Notes: generated from the sequence alone by a model not told the origin. DNA of 64,000 nucleotides from Ruminococcus sp. (GCA_017543335.1 JAFYGE010000013.1:20210-84209); one strand, 5' to 3'; shown: positions 9,490 to 20,212, numbered from the stretch's first letter. Numbers and translations are program-made.

Positions 9490-10680
9490 ATGATCCTTAC
9501 AAAGCTCCTTTTTCTCATACTTATACTCATCTGTGCAGCTTTTTACATTCTTTACATCTGGGACTTCGCCCTTGTTTTGCTTGTTGTTATGATAACCCTT
9601 CCGATAATAATGTTCTTTGTCGCTTTTATAACAAAAAAGAAAACAAGCATAGAGTTCGCTTTAAAAGATGATATAGTCCCGAAAAATCAGTCTTTTCCAG
9701 TTCAGCTCTGTGTCACTAACAGAAGCATTTTTCCTGTTGGCAAGGCTGAAGCAAGGATCGAGTACTACAATCTATTCAGCAACCAGACAAGCTCTTTCGA
9801 CCTTTTTATCCCTATCCAGCCAAGAAACTCGCAGAAAGTTACTTTCCAGCTGAGCTCAAAATACAGCGGTATAGTCAAGATAAAAAATATTTACCTGAGC
9901 ATCTATGACCCACTAAGGATATTCAGATTCAAGGTTGGCAAGAATGTCAGTACAGAAGTTGCTGTAATGCCTGAAACTCAGGAAATAAACGGTACTGTGA
10001 ATTATACAGACAGAGTCAACGAAGACAGTACTATGTATTCCGAAAACCAGCCCGGTGACGACCCTTCCGAGGTCTTCGACCTGAGAGACTATATCCCCGG
10101 TGATAAGCTCAACAGAATCCATTGGAAGCTCAGCTCCAAAAAGGACGATTTCATCGTTAAGGACTATAGTCTTCCAATTGACGTTCCTTCGACAATGTTC
10201 CTTAATCTGAAATCCTATGAAGATTCAGAATATACGCTCCCACAATTCGACACATTGATCGAAACTTTTCTTTCACTTTCACAGTTCATGCTCGAAAACG
10301 AAAGAATGCATACCATAGTTTATTTCAGCGGCAAATACCAGAGGTTTATGGAAAAAGTTATATCAAATTCCGATGAACTTGCTGAAATAACAAAAGAGAT
10401 CATTCTTTCTTTCAATGATAATCTTTACTGCAAAAGTCCGGAAGAGTACTTTGCTGATAACTCCATTTCCGCCGCTTCTTTCATCTTCGTCACTACTGTA
10501 CCGGATTCACCTGTACTTACTTACATCGATGAAGAAATAGATGCAGACATTAAAAATGCGGTTGTCATAGTCAAGTCTCCGGACGAATCTTTAATGCTCA
10601 ACGAAGGTTTTGCAAACCTGAATCTCGTTCCTGTCGTTATCGGCAGAATATCAGCATCTATAAAGGATATTGAAGTTTAA
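9490..10680 (+). CDS. DUF58 domain protein
   Basis: Two N-terminal TM segments; LRDYIPGDKLNRIHWKLSSK signature; directly downstream of MoxR. Confidence 0.9.
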   Translation: MILTKLLFLILILICAAFYILYIWDFALVLLVVMITLPIIMFFVAFITKKKTSIEFALKDDIVPKNQSFPVQLCVTNRSIFPVGKAEARIEYYNLFSNQTSSFDLFIPIQPRNSQKVTFQLSSKYSGIVKIKNIYLSIYDPLRIFRFKVGKNVSTEVAVMPETQEINGTVNYTDRVNEDSTMYSENQPGDDPSEVFDLRDYIPGDKLNRIHWKLSSKKDDFIVKDYSLPIDVPSTMFLNLKSYEDSEYTLPQFDTLIETFLSLSQFMLENERMHTIVYFSGKYQRFMEKVISNSDELAEITKEIILSFNDNLYCKSPEEYFADNSISAASFIFVTTVPDSPVLTYIDEEIDADIKNAVVIVKSPDESLMLNEGFANLNLVPVVIGRISASIKDIEV

Positions 10681-13376
10681 TGAAAAAAAAGAACTTAATT
10701 ACTAACAACGGAATAACTATATGCGACAGTATAGTTATGTCGGTAAAAAATAAAAGACCGAATTTCAGAAAGGCAGAAGCTATTTTTATCGCTGTCCTCG
10801 GCTTTGTATCAGTTCTTATGTCATTCTTCGGAATGTTCGACTTTAATTATGACAGATTCAAAGTCGCCGCAGCAGCAGTGCTTTTTTCAATAGGCTATAT
10901 AACTTTGATCCTTATGAATAAAAAATCTGCATTCTGGGTAATGGCTTCTTCACTCATCGTTTTCGGTTTAGCCGCCTTTAAGTTTATGAACAAAATTACT
11001 GACGGCTTTAAATTTGTCTATAATATCATATACCGTGATTCGTTCCACACCGATATAAACTACTATAAATACCTAAAACCTGCTATGGAAGAGGAATCGG
11101 TCACGATATTGTTCATTTTCGCAATATGGCTTATATCGTTCATCATCTATTTCTTCACGATATACCGTCCGAATCCGATACTTCCGCTTCTTGTAACTTT
11201 CCCTATTCTCGAAGTCGGTCTATATAACGGTATCGAGATACCGATATTCTGGGGAATTATGACCATTGCTTACTGGCTCGCACTCCTTGCGATGTCAAGT
11301 ATCGATATTGGTGAGTACTCAGGCGGAACAAGCGGTTTTGTCAGAAAGGACAATTTGTTCTTCCCTAAACGGCAAATGAAACTCAAAGTTACCGAGAAAT
11401 GCGGAATGTTCATAATGTCCACTATACTTATTATAACTGTTCTCACTGTCTCTGTAGTAAGCATAACAAATTATAAGCGAAGTGATGAACTGAATAAAAA
11501 ACGTAAGGACATAAGCGAAGCTTTCAATGAGTTCACTCTCGAAGACCTCGCTGCAAGTATTTCAAGGATCACAAGTGCTTTCGGTTTCACTATTAAATAC
11601 GAAAATAATAAACTCGGCAACAACGATCACGTAAAGTACAAAGATGTTACCGACCTCGAAGTAACTGTCGACCACAAGCACAATGCTGCTATCTACCTCA
11701 AGGACAATACAGGCTGCCGTTACGATGATAATGAATGGCTCGACCTTAAAGATTCTGCTTACGATGAGGATATATTTGATGATTTCAGCTCAACAGGAAT
11801 GTTCCCTCAGGACTTCCCCTGTATGTTCGGTAAACTTCTCAAACCGGACGCTCAGGAATTACAGATAACCATTGATTCAAAAGTCAAGAAAGACAGAACT
11901 TTCTCTACATACGGTATCGATAACATCGGAGGTCTCTCCTATAACCGTGATAAACAGGCAACTTCTATTAATCAGGAAGAAAAGAAGTTCTCGTATAAGT
12001 TCATGCCGATCGATATCGACTTTACTGCTTCTTCTCTCGGCGATGAAACAAGAAACGTCTACTCAGTTTCTGGTATTTCAGATGAGCATTGGCGTGATAT
12101 GATCGCCGATTTCTGCGAGAAAAACAACGCCTACAACTATGACGATTACTTCACGGTCGACCACGAAATAATCGTTGACTCCGATCTGATGTACTCAAAT
12201 CCTTATATGATAATGGCTCAGCTTCTTGAAAGCAAATACAAGGATTTCGTCTATGATAATTACCTCCAGATACCTGACAATAAGGATATGGACGAAGTAT
12301 ACGCTGCATATTCAGATATACTTTCAAAAGCAAAGGGAGCTCATAGTGCTGTTGATAAAGTTGCTGTTCTCGACGAACTCAGACTCCGTATGCAGGAGGA
12401 TACAAAGTACACTCTGTCACCGGGAAAAACTCCCTCAAACCGTGATTTTATAAACTATTTCTTAATCGAAAACAAAAAAGGCTACTGTATACACTATGCA
12501 ACTTCAGGCGTAATCCTCGCAAGAATGGCTGGCATACCTGCAAGATACGCTACAGGCTATGTTATTACCGCTGACGACTTTAACGACGGTAATCTACAGG
12601 AAGACGGCTCTTACGCTATTGATGTACAGGATAACCGCAGCCACGCTTGGGTAGAAATCTACCTCGATGGTTATGGCTGGGTCCCATTTGAGTTTACAGC
12701 AGGATACTCTTGCAGAGCTGTAAAAGCAGCTCCGACTCCTGTTACTCCGGCTGATCCTAACGGCTCAACTGAACCGGTGGAAACACCTACCACTATTCAG
12801 ACTCAGACTTCTTTAGTTCCAATTCCGCTCACTACAACAAAGAATAATACAACTGTAACTGTAAACACTACCAAGAGCCACGGCGGAGCAGTTGGTAAGA
12901 TGGGTTCAGATGACAACAAAAAAGGCGGAGGCTTTACTATTCCAAAATGGGTGAAGGTCATCATATTTATTTCAGTGCTCCTGATAATAACTGCCGCTGT
13001 TATTATACTCAGAAGAATGCTTATCATTAATAACAGAAAGAAAGAGATCGAGACCGGCAGCAGCTCCGACCGTATCGGCAATATGTATGACTATACCGAA
13101 AAGCTCCTTGAAAATCTGAGGCTTTCCAATGAGGAACATAATTATATGGACTTCGCAAAGAGAGTCGAACAGCATATAGGCGGTACGTTCATCGAACAGG
13201 GCAGCTTTGAATCGTTCATGAAACTCGCCCTTCACTGCCGATTCGGAAAGAAATCACCTGATACTGAAGAACTAAAGGAATGTGAGAAAATGGTATCTGA
13301 ACTTTCTCAGAAAATTTACGATAATTCCGGCTTCTTTAAAAAGTTATGGATAAAATTCGTCGACGCATTAGTATAG
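10680..13376 (+). CDS. Membrane transglutaminase-like domain protein
   Basis: N-terminal TM bundle; GYCIHYA catalytic Cys, GIPARYATGY, HAWVEIY, FEFT; Pro/Thr linker and C-terminal TM. Confidence 0.9.
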   Translation: MKKKNLITNNGITICDSIVMSVKNKRPNFRKAEAIFIAVLGFVSVLMSFFGMFDFNYDRFKVAAAAVLFSIGYITLILMNKKSAFWVMASSLIVFGLAAFKFMNKITDGFKFVYNIIYRDSFHTDINYYKYLKPAMEEESVTILFIFAIWLISFIIYFFTIYRPNPILPLLVTFPILEVGLYNGIEIPIFWGIMTIAYWLALLAMSSIDIGEYSGGTSGFVRKDNLFFPKRQMKLKVTEKCGMFIMSTILIITVLTVSVVSITNYKRSDELNKKRKDISEAFNEFTLEDLAASISRITSAFGFTIKYENNKLGNNDHVKYKDVTDLEVTVDHKHNAAIYLKDNTGCRYDDNEWLDLKDSAYDEDIFDDFSSTGMFPQDFPCMFGKLLKPDAQELQITIDSKVKKDRTFSTYGIDNIGGLSYNRDKQATSINQEEKKFSYKFMPIDIDFTASSLGDETRNVYSVSGISDEHWRDMIADFCEKNNAYNYDDYFTVDHEIIVDSDLMYSNPYMIMAQLLESKYKDFVYDNYLQIPDNKDMDEVYAAYSDILSKAKGAHSAVDKVAVLDELRLRMQEDTKYTLSPGKTPSNRDFINYFLIENKKGYCIHYATSGVILARMAGIPARYATGYVITADDFNDGNLQEDGSYAIDVQDNRSHAWVEIYLDGYGWVPFEFTAGYSCRAVKAAPTPVTPADPNGSTEPVETPTTIQTQTSLVPIPLTTTKNNTTVTVNTTKSHGGAVGKMGSDDNKKGGGFTIPKWVKVIIFISVLLIITAAVIILRRMLIINNRKKEIETGSSSDRIGNMYDYTEKLLENLRLSNEEHNYMDFAKRVEQHIGGTFIEQGSFESFMKLALHCRFGKKSPDTEELKECEKMVSELSQKIYDNSGFFKKLWIKFVDALV

Positions 13377-13386
13377 GAGGTTCAAA

Positions 13387-13953
13387 ATGAAAATAGATAA
13401 TTCAGGCTACATCGCTAAAGCTGTATTGCTGATAATCGGAGGAGCTTTATTCGCTTTTTTCCCTAATATTATTAAATACACATTTTTAGGTATAGGAGCT
13501 ATAATAGTTATAGGTTCTGTGCTGACTATGCTCACTTCAATGGGTTCGGGTGACGGCGGACTAATGGGGTCTGCAGGCATCGGAGGTATACTTGTCGGAG
13601 TATTCGTGGCTTTTCTCCCGAAAATAATTACTTTTGGTATCGGACTCATAGGAGGTATCGTATTACTTATATTAGGTATAATCCGATTTGTAAAAGCTTT
13701 CAGCAGTGATAAAGCAAAAGATTTAAAAACCTTGAATATCATTTTCGGTATCGGAATGCTGATCGTTGCTTTGGTACTGCTTTCACATCCGTTTTCAGCA
13801 GGTTCATTTGCAAGATTCGCTGTAGGTATCGTTCTTATAGTTTACGGAATTTACAATATTTATATCGCTTACGCTATTTCGGAAAGAAACAAGAACTCAA
13901 CTCCGGACGTTATTGATATAAATAATTTCACGATCAATGATGATGACAAATAA
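13387..13953 (+). CDS. DUF308/HdeD-like membrane protein
   Basis: Six Gly-rich TM helices arranged as repeated hairpins; RBS AGGAGG. Confidence 0.7.
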   Translation: MKIDNSGYIAKAVLLIIGGALFAFFPNIIKYTFLGIGAIIVIGSVLTMLTSMGSGDGGLMGSAGIGGILVGVFVAFLPKIITFGIGLIGGIVLLILGIIRFVKAFSSDKAKDLKTLNIIFGIGMLIVALVLLSHPFSAGSFARFAVGIVLIVYGIYNIYIAYAISERNKNSTPDVIDINNFTINDDDK

Positions 13954-13957
13954 TAAA

Positions 13958-13983
13958 AAAGCTCCTGTTCATTCAAGAGCTTT
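13958..13983 (+). repeat. Left 26-bp direct repeat (duplicated terminator hairpin)
   Basis: AAAGCTCCTGTTCATTCAAGAGCTTT; one mismatch to 14230-14255. Confidence 0.85.
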
Positions 13984-14229
13984 CGGCTTGTCGAAAAAGT
14001 ATTGATTCTTTAGGGGACGCCCTCTCGTACAGGGCGTCCACCTCTTCAAAAACAGTCCACCGGACTGTTTTTGAATTCACCCCTTGCGGAGCGTTTTGCA
14101 GCTATATGCGGGGCTTTGCCCCACACCCCACAAGGGCTGTCAGCCCTTGACCTGACAAAAGGGATAATAATCCCTTTGGAATCCCATTATTATGGTGGTT
14201 CTTTTATTTTATAGTTTTTCAGCACTCTG
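13984..14229. mobile_element. 246-bp non-coding MITE-like element, family B
   Basis: Imperfect TIRs (CGGCTTGTCGAAAAAGTAT; reverse complement of right end CAGAGTGCTGAAAAACTAT), several internal GC-rich hairpins, flanked by 26-bp direct repeats, no ORF. Confidence 0.7.
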
Positions 14230-14256
14230 AAAGCTCCTGTTCATTCAGGAGCTTTT
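14230..14256 (+). terminator. Intrinsic terminator of the MoxR operon (also the right direct repeat)
   Basis: AAAGCTCCTG-TTCATT-CAGGAGCTTTT. Confidence 0.7.
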
Positions 14257-14268
14257 ATGCATCAAAAG

Positions 14269-14306
14269 AAAACTCTGAAGCACGAAAACTGCTTCAGAGT
14301 TTTTTT
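14269..14306. terminator. Terminator downstream of the M18 aminopeptidase (possibly bidirectional)
   Basis: AAAACTCTGAAGCA-loop-TGCTTCAGAGTTTTTTT. Confidence 0.75.
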
Positions 14307-14308
14307 AA

Positions 14309-15712
14309 TTAGTCTTCACAAAATACTTTGAATGCCTTATATGCCATATAAGTATCTACTTTTGATACGATCTCATATGGAGCGTGCATTGAAAGCACCG
14401 GTACACCAAGGTCAATAGTGTCGACATTGAGGTTAGCAATGTAAGCTGCAACTGTTCCGCCGCCGCCTTCATCAACTTTACCAAGCTCACCGGTCTGCCA
14501 TATTACATTATTCTTATCCATTAAACGTCTGATTCTGCCTGTAAATTCAGCAGAAGCATCAGATGTGCCAGCCTTTCCTCTTGCACCGGTATACTTTGTT
14601 ACGCAAACACCCTTATTGATATATGCACAGTTGTTGCGTTCGTTTACTTCCGGGAATGTAGGATCAAATGCTGCATTAACATCAGCAGAAAGGCACTCAG
14701 AAGCAGATAGAACAGTTCTTCCGTCTGAACCGAGATCCTCAGCAATATCAGCTATGAAATACTCCAGATATGCTGAGCAAAGTCCAGTATTACCATCGCT
14801 TCCTGTCTCCTCTTTATCAGTAAGTACTGTAACTACTGTATGTGTAGGAGCATTGCAGTCAACGGTTGCCACTAATGCAGGATATGCACACACCTTATCG
14901 TCGTGACCATATGCACCGATCATACTGCGGTCAAAACCTACATCCTTTGCCTTGAATGCAGGTACTGCTTCAAGTTCTGAAGAAATGAAATCAGCTTCGG
15001 TAATGCCGTATTTCTCGAAAAGAATGTTCATTATATTGAGCTTGACTGAACCGCTCTCCTCATCGTCCTTAAAAGGTCTTGAACCAATAAGTATGTTGAG
15101 CTGTTCGCCTGTGATGCCCTTTGCAAGAGGTTTTGTCATCTGAGCAGTTGCAAGATGCGGAAGAAGATCAGTAACGCAGAAAACAGGGTCGTTATCATCT
15201 TCACCGATAGTTACTGTGATCCTTGTACCGTCAGCCTTGACTACAACACCGTGAAGAGCAAGCGGGATAGTAGTCCACTGATACTTCTTGATGCCGCCGT
15301 AGTAATGAGTCTTAAAGAGGGCAAGCTCGTTGTCCTCATAAAGAGGATTCTGCTTGAGATCGAGTCTTGGAGAGTCGATATGTGCAGCACAAAGTCTAAC
15401 GCCCTCTGCTATCGGAGCTGTACCAACTACAGCCATAAGTATAGCCTTATCTCTGTTATTGCGGTAGATCTTGTCACCGGCTTTGAGCTTCATACCCTTC
15501 TGATACTCAACGAATCCGTTTTTCTTTAAAAGATCGATAGAATACGCAACTACCTCACGCTCTATCTTTGCTTTATTCATGAAGTCGATATAACCTTCAC
15601 AAAAGCGGTCGCACTCTGCTACTTCTTCATCAGTCAAATTATGAAGTGCGTTTTTTCTTTTTAGTAAGAGCTTCTCTTTAAGCTCTTTTACTGCTTCATT
15701 TTTTTCTTCCAT
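14309..15712 (-). CDS. M18-family aminopeptidase
   Basis: AHIDSPRLDLK, YYGGIKKYQW, GHDD, DKEETGS, MHAPYE. Confidence 0.92.
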   Translation of the reverse strand: MEEKNEAVKELKEKLLLKRKNALHNLTDEEVAECDRFCEGYIDFMNKAKIEREVVAYSIDLLKKNGFVEYQKGMKLKAGDKIYRNNRDKAILMAVVGTAPIAEGVRLCAAHIDSPRLDLKQNPLYEDNELALFKTHYYGGIKKYQWTTIPLALHGVVVKADGTRITVTIGEDDNDPVFCVTDLLPHLATAQMTKPLAKGITGEQLNILIGSRPFKDDEESGSVKLNIMNILFEKYGITEADFISSELEAVPAFKAKDVGFDRSMIGAYGHDDKVCAYPALVATVDCNAPTHTVVTVLTDKEETGSDGNTGLCSAYLEYFIADIAEDLGSDGRTVLSASECLSADVNAAFDPTFPEVNERNNCAYINKGVCVTKYTGARGKAGTSDASAEFTGRIRRLMDKNNVIWQTGELGKVDEGGGGTVAAYIANLNVDTIDLGVPVLSMHAPYEIVSKVDTYMAYKAFKVFCED

Positions 15713-15734
15713 AATTATTCTCCCTTCGGAATTA

Positions 15735-16394
15735 TTAATCAGCAGAAGCTGGTTTTAAACAATTTTTATCAGAATTTTTATAGCAATCTCTTATTTTATC
15801 TGAAACTTCTCTCGAGATCTTATATACAGTTTCGAGATCGTCATTATTATGTATAATGTAGTCTGAGTGCTGCTCAAAGAAATCATCGCTGTACTGCGAG
15901 TCCATACGATGTCTTGCCTGCTCGTGAGTTATACCGTCACGGACTATTATACGCTTTTCCCTGATGTCGGCATCAGCAAGGACTGATATGATTATCTCGC
16001 AAAAATCGTCTGCATGACTTTCAAATAATGTCGGTGCATCGAGTAATATAAGGTCAACTCCGTTATTTGAGAGTTCTTTTATCAATCTGAGGATCTCCTT
16101 AGTGATATAAGGGTGCATGATAGTATTAAGGGTTTCAAGCTTAGTCTTATCTGTAAATACGATAGCTCCAAGAGCTTTACGGTTGAGAGTACCGTCATCA
16201 TTCAGAACTTCTCTGCCGAATAATTCTTCTATCTCGTAAAGGCAATTGCTTCCCTTTTCTACGACTTTTCTTGACACCTGATCTGCGTCGATGACCTCAA
16301 AGCCGTTTTCAGAAAAGATCTTAGATATAGTACTCTTTCCGGCACCTGTCTGACCTGTAAGTCCTACAACTGTAACTCCGCTAAGGGTGTTCAT
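15735..16394 (-). CDS. coaE: Dephospho-CoA kinase
   Basis: VGLTGQTGAGKST, IDADQV, LNRKALG, MHPYI, DAPTLFE. Confidence 0.93.
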   Translation of the reverse strand: MNTLSGVTVVGLTGQTGAGKSTISKIFSENGFEVIDADQVSRKVVEKGSNCLYEIEELFGREVLNDDGTLNRKALGAIVFTDKTKLETLNTIMHPYITKEILRLIKELSNNGVDLILLDAPTLFESHADDFCEIIISVLADADIREKRIIVRDGITHEQARHRMDSQYSDDFFEQHSDYIIHNNDDLETVYKISREVSDKIRDCYKNSDKNCLKPASAD

Positions 16395-17404
16395 GCCCTT
16401 ATCACCTCGAATCCTGCCGCTCTTATAAGGCGGTTATATACAGCAAGTCCGACTCCGTCAGCAGAAGGTGCTCTTACATAGACCTTCTCTGCACCAATGT
16501 CGTCAAGCTCTCTTAATTTCTGAAACAGCCAGTGTGCCTGTTCAGAACTATTTTTGCCATAAGTAAGATATTTGCAAGGAATGGTAAATTCGTCACCGTC
16601 ATAGATAAGGCAATATACTTTTTCATCGACCTTATCTTCAACGTATTTGCAGAAGGACTTTATATCTCCCTCTACCATAATTATGTCAGCCTTAGGTGAG
16701 TAATGCTTATATTTCATTCCGGGAGAAGCTGCCTTCTGACCGGCTTCAAGCTCGTGAAGTATCGCATGGTCAATAATTACCTCTCCGCAAACTTCAAGGA
16801 GCATCTCTCTTGTAATACATCCGGGACGCAGTATCCTTACTCTGTCATTGCTCTCAATAGAAATAACTGTTGACTCTACTCCGAACTCTGACTGTCCTCC
16901 GTCAACTACAGCCGCAATTTTGCCTTTCATATCCCGCATTACGTGCATTGCAGAAGTCGGACTCGGATAACCGGAGGTATTTGCAGAAGGTGCTGCGATA
17001 GGACATCCGGACATCTCTATTATTTTATGCATAACAGGATGTGAAGGGACTCTTATACCAACAGTATCAAGTCCACCGGAAGTTATCATAGGTATTTTTT
17101 CATTTTTAGGAAGGACCATTGTTAATGGTCCGGGACAGAATTTTTCAGCAAGTTTATAAGCAAGCTCCGGTATATTTTGGGTATAATGAACGGCATCTGA
17201 AAAATCTGCAAGATGAACTATCAGCGGATTGTCCGCCGGTCTTCCCTTAGCGGCGAAAACCTTTGCAACCGCATCCGGATTTGAAGCATCCGCACCAAGT
17301 CCGTATACTGTTTCAGTTGGTATGCCGACGATCTCGCCGTCTTTTATAAACTGAGCAGCTTTCAATAGCTCAGCGTCATTATCACTTAATAATATAGTCT
17401 CCAT
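16391..17404 (-). CDS. sua5: Threonylcarbamoyl-AMP synthase, Sua5 type
   Basis: PTETVYGL, KGRPADNPLIVH, PGPLT, APSANTSG, PGMKYKHYSP. Start moved to the ATG at 17404, just after the prfA stop. Confidence 0.95.
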   Translation of the reverse strand: METILLSDNDAELLKAAQFIKDGEIVGIPTETVYGLGADASNPDAVAKVFAAKGRPADNPLIVHLADFSDAVHYTQNIPELAYKLAEKFCPGPLTMVLPKNEKIPMITSGGLDTVGIRVPSHPVMHKIIEMSGCPIAAPSANTSGYPSPTSAMHVMRDMKGKIAAVVDGGQSEFGVESTVISIESNDRVRILRPGCITREMLLEVCGEVIIDHAILHELEAGQKAASPGMKYKHYSPKADIIMVEGDIKSFCKYVEDKVDEKVYCLIYDGDEFTIPCKYLTYGKNSSEQAHWLFQKLRELDDIGAEKVYVRAPSADGVGLAVYNRLIRAAGFEVIRA

Positions 17405-17408
17405 AACA

Positions 17409-18479
17409 CTATGCTTCTTGTGCAGCAAGCTTAGCTGCCTGATCGGCAGTTGCCAGTGCATCAAATACCTCATCAAGATTTCCATTCAGCACATCTTCAA
17501 GTCTGTACAAAGTAAGTCCGATCCTGTGATCGGTAAGACGTCCCTGCGGATAATTATAAGTTCTTATACGTTCAGAGCGATCGCCGGTACCTACCTGACT
17601 CTTTCGCTCTGATGCAATCTTAGCGTTTTGTTCTTCCTGCATAGCTTCATAGATCCTCGAACGCAGGATCTTCATAGCTTTATCCTTATTTTTATGCTGA
17701 CTTCTTTCGTCCTGACATTCAACAACAACATTAGTCGGCAGATATGTTATTCTTACTGCTGATTCAGTCTTATTGATATGCTGTCCGCCCGCACCGCTTG
17801 CACGGAAATAGTCTATTTTAAGGTCTGTAGGATTAATTTCAAGCTCAACATCGTCAGCCTCTACCAGAACAGCAACTGTAACTGTAGAAGTGTGGATACG
17901 TCCCTGTGATTCAGTTTCCGGAACTCGCTGAACTCTGTGTACGCCGCTCTCATATTTCAGACGTGAGTAAGCACCGTCACCTTCAATGGAGAAGCTTATC
18001 TCCTTGAAGCCGCCAAGCTCAGTAGGATTAGCGTTGAGCACTTCCTGCTTCCAGCCTCTTGCCTCGGCGTACATTGTGTACATTCTATAGAGCGAGTTTG
18101 CAAACAGAGAAGCTTCTTCTCCGCCTGCACCGCCTCTTATTTCTATAATAACGTTCTTATCGTCGTTAGGGTCTTTAGGAAGAAGAAGGACTTTAAGCTC
18201 CTGAGTAAGCTCTTCCATAGCCTCTTTGGAACTCTCATATTCTTCCTGAGCCATTTCTTTAAGCTCTTTATCAGTGCTGTCATCAAGTATCTCTTTAGCT
18301 TCGTTGAAAGCTTTCTCAGCTTTTACGTACTCCCTGTATTTTTCGATAATAGGGGTCATATTTTTATAGTCCTTCATAAGCTGAGCGTAGAGCTTATTAT
18401 CACTGACAACGTCCGGTTCGGAAAGTCTCCGACTTATCTCCTCGAACTTTTCTTCCATTACTGCAAGTTTTTCAAACAT
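17409..18479 (-). CDS. prfA: Peptide chain release factor 1
   Basis: [18 protein letters not shown] (PxT motif), GAGGQH, RIRTYN. Confidence 0.98.
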   Translation of the reverse strand: MFEKLAVMEEKFEEISRRLSEPDVVSDNKLYAQLMKDYKNMTPIIEKYREYVKAEKAFNEAKEILDDSTDKELKEMAQEEYESSKEAMEELTQELKVLLLPKDPNDDKNVIIEIRGGAGGEEASLFANSLYRMYTMYAEARGWKQEVLNANPTELGGFKEISFSIEGDGAYSRLKYESGVHRVQRVPETESQGRIHTSTVTVAVLVEADDVELEINPTDLKIDYFRASGAGGQHINKTESAVRITYLPTNVVVECQDERSQHKNKDKAMKILRSRIYEAMQEEQNAKIASERKSQVGTGDRSERIRTYNYPQGRLTDHRIGLTLYRLEDVLNGNLDEVFDALATADQAAKLAAQEA

Positions 18480-18522
18480 TTACATACTCCTTATCGTAAT
18501 ATTTTTTAAATCTTGCAGTAAG

Positions 18523-18711
18523 CTATCCTTCATCGGCACGTTTGACCGCACGGATGCTTTTTTCTATCTTATTTCTTGGTACCATGAACTCTCTTGAACA
18601 CTTAACGCATCTTAGTCTGAAATCCATACCTGAACGTATGACAAACATTTCGTTTGAACCGCATGGATGATTCTTTTTCATTGTAAGAATATCGCCCGGT
18701 CTTATATCCAA
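18523..18711 (-). CDS. DUF951 family small protein
   Basis: MKKNHPCGS...RSGMDFRLRCVKC; TTG start with RBS AAGGAG. Confidence 0.85.
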   Translation of the reverse strand: MDIRPGDILTMKKNHPCGSNEMFVIRSGMDFRLRCVKCSREFMVPRNKIEKSIRAVKRADEG

Positions 18712-18879
18712 AAACGTTCACTCCTTTTAAAAATTTCGAAAATCGTACATTTCACATTATACCCCAAAATCGTTCTTAAATCAATATTATCAGCGTATAT
18801 TTTTTTTATTTTGTGGAAAAATAATAAAAATCAATATATAAACATATTGAAGTCCACTAAAATATGAAAGGATTCATTT

Positions 18880-19233
18880 ATGATGTCGAGAATTTCAGCA
18901 GAATTTGAGTCACCGGAATTGGCGGAAATGGCTTTAAAGCGTGTAAAAGAGAGTGTTAGCCATGTCTTCCGGACCGGTATGATCTACAATAAAAAAACAG
19001 ACTCTACTTCAAAACTAAGTCACGGGACTTTGTACACTGTGATACCTACCGCAGTTACTTCTTTCAATTACATCACAGCAGTTGTAGAGTCCCCTACTTC
19101 CGAGGACGTTGTCATAGAACCACAGCGTAACAGAACCGCTAAAGCATTCGTGATATGTGATGCTGCAAATACAGCAAATGTCAGTGCGATATTCAACTCA
19201 ATGGGCGGACTTAAAATACGTTGTAATATATAG
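18880..19233 (+). CDS. Hypothetical protein (117 aa)
   Basis: RBS GAAAGGA, fills the intergenic gap, protein-like composition; no family recognised. Confidence 0.65.
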   Translation: MMSRISAEFESPELAEMALKRVKESVSHVFRTGMIYNKKTDSTSKLSHGTLYTVIPTAVTSFNYITAVVESPTSEDVVIEPQRNRTAKAFVICDAANTANVSAIFNSMGGLKIRCNI

Positions 19234-19290
19234 GTCCTGATAAGCATACAATTGATTATCCCGATAAATATTACAACGGAGGTATAAAAT

Positions 19291-20211
19291 ATGAGTTACA
19301 GACCCGAAGGATATTATATAAATTCTGAGGAGAATATCACTTTGACTTCTTCCGCAGAAGGACTCCAAAAAGCTTTGGACAACAATATCGTCCTTGAAGG
19401 AAGAGCAATCGTTTGCACCGGTAATCACGACCTTATTGTTGAATTGCCTTGCGGCCGTGGAATAATCCCACGCAATGAAGGTGCGATCGGTATAAAAGAA
19501 GGAAAAACTCGTGATATTGCTCTGATATCACGAGTAAATAAACCAGTCTGCTTTATAGTCACAAAAATCAGGCTCGGCAATGACGGTAGAGTAACTGCTG
19601 AATTGTCGAGAAGGCTCGCACAGGAAAAATGTACTAATGAATATATATCGAAGCTTCAAAGCGGCGATGTTATCGATGCAAGAGTTACTCACCTTGAAAA
19701 ATTCGGCTGTTTTGTCGACATAGGCTGCGGAATATCGTCACTTATCCCGATAGATGCTATATCTATTTCAAGGATCTCGCACTCCGCCGACCGCTTTACA
19801 GTCGGACAATACATACGTGCTATAGTCAAGTCTAAGGACAACGACCGTATTTACCTTACTCACAAGGAACTTCTCGGAAGCTGGGATGAAAATATTTCTG
19901 ACTTCAATGTTGGTGAAACTGTTGCCGGAGTTGTGAGGTCGATAGAAAATTACGGCATTTTTGTGGAGTTAGCTCCGAACCTCGCCGGACTTGCCGAACT
20001 AAAAGATGATGTACAAATCGGACAAAATGTAAGTGTTTACATCAAGGCAATAGTACCGGAGAAAATGAAAGTCAAACTGATAATAATTGATACCTGCGAG
20101 AAAATAAAGTCTGTTGATCCTATAAAGTATTACTACTCATGCGATCATATGGACAAGTGGAATTATTCTTCCAAAGCTTCCGAAAGGATCCAGCAATCTG
20201 TATTTTCATAA
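19291..20211 (+). CDS. S1 RNA-binding domain protein (ribosomal protein S1-like)
   Basis: Three S1-like repeats (FGCFVDIG...SISRI; YGIFVEL); RBS GGAGG. Confidence 0.85.
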   Translation: MSYRPEGYYINSEENITLTSSAEGLQKALDNNIVLEGRAIVCTGNHDLIVELPCGRGIIPRNEGAIGIKEGKTRDIALISRVNKPVCFIVTKIRLGNDGRVTAELSRRLAQEKCTNEYISKLQSGDVIDARVTHLEKFGCFVDIGCGISSLIPIDAISISRISHSADRFTVGQYIRAIVKSKDNDRIYLTHKELLGSWDENISDFNVGETVAGVVRSIENYGIFVELAPNLAGLAELKDDVQIGQNVSVYIKAIVPEKMKVKLIIIDTCEKIKSVDPIKYYYSCDHMDKWNYSSKASERIQQSVFS

Positions 20212-20212
20212 C

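Noticed and set aside
8531-13376. MoxR-DUF58-transglutaminase operon as a novel system
   Set aside because: It is a widespread, already described gene triad.
13984-14229. Hairpin cluster as tRNA or CRISPR
   Set aside because: There is no cloverleaf or T-loop consensus, no repeat-spacer periodicity and no cas gene.
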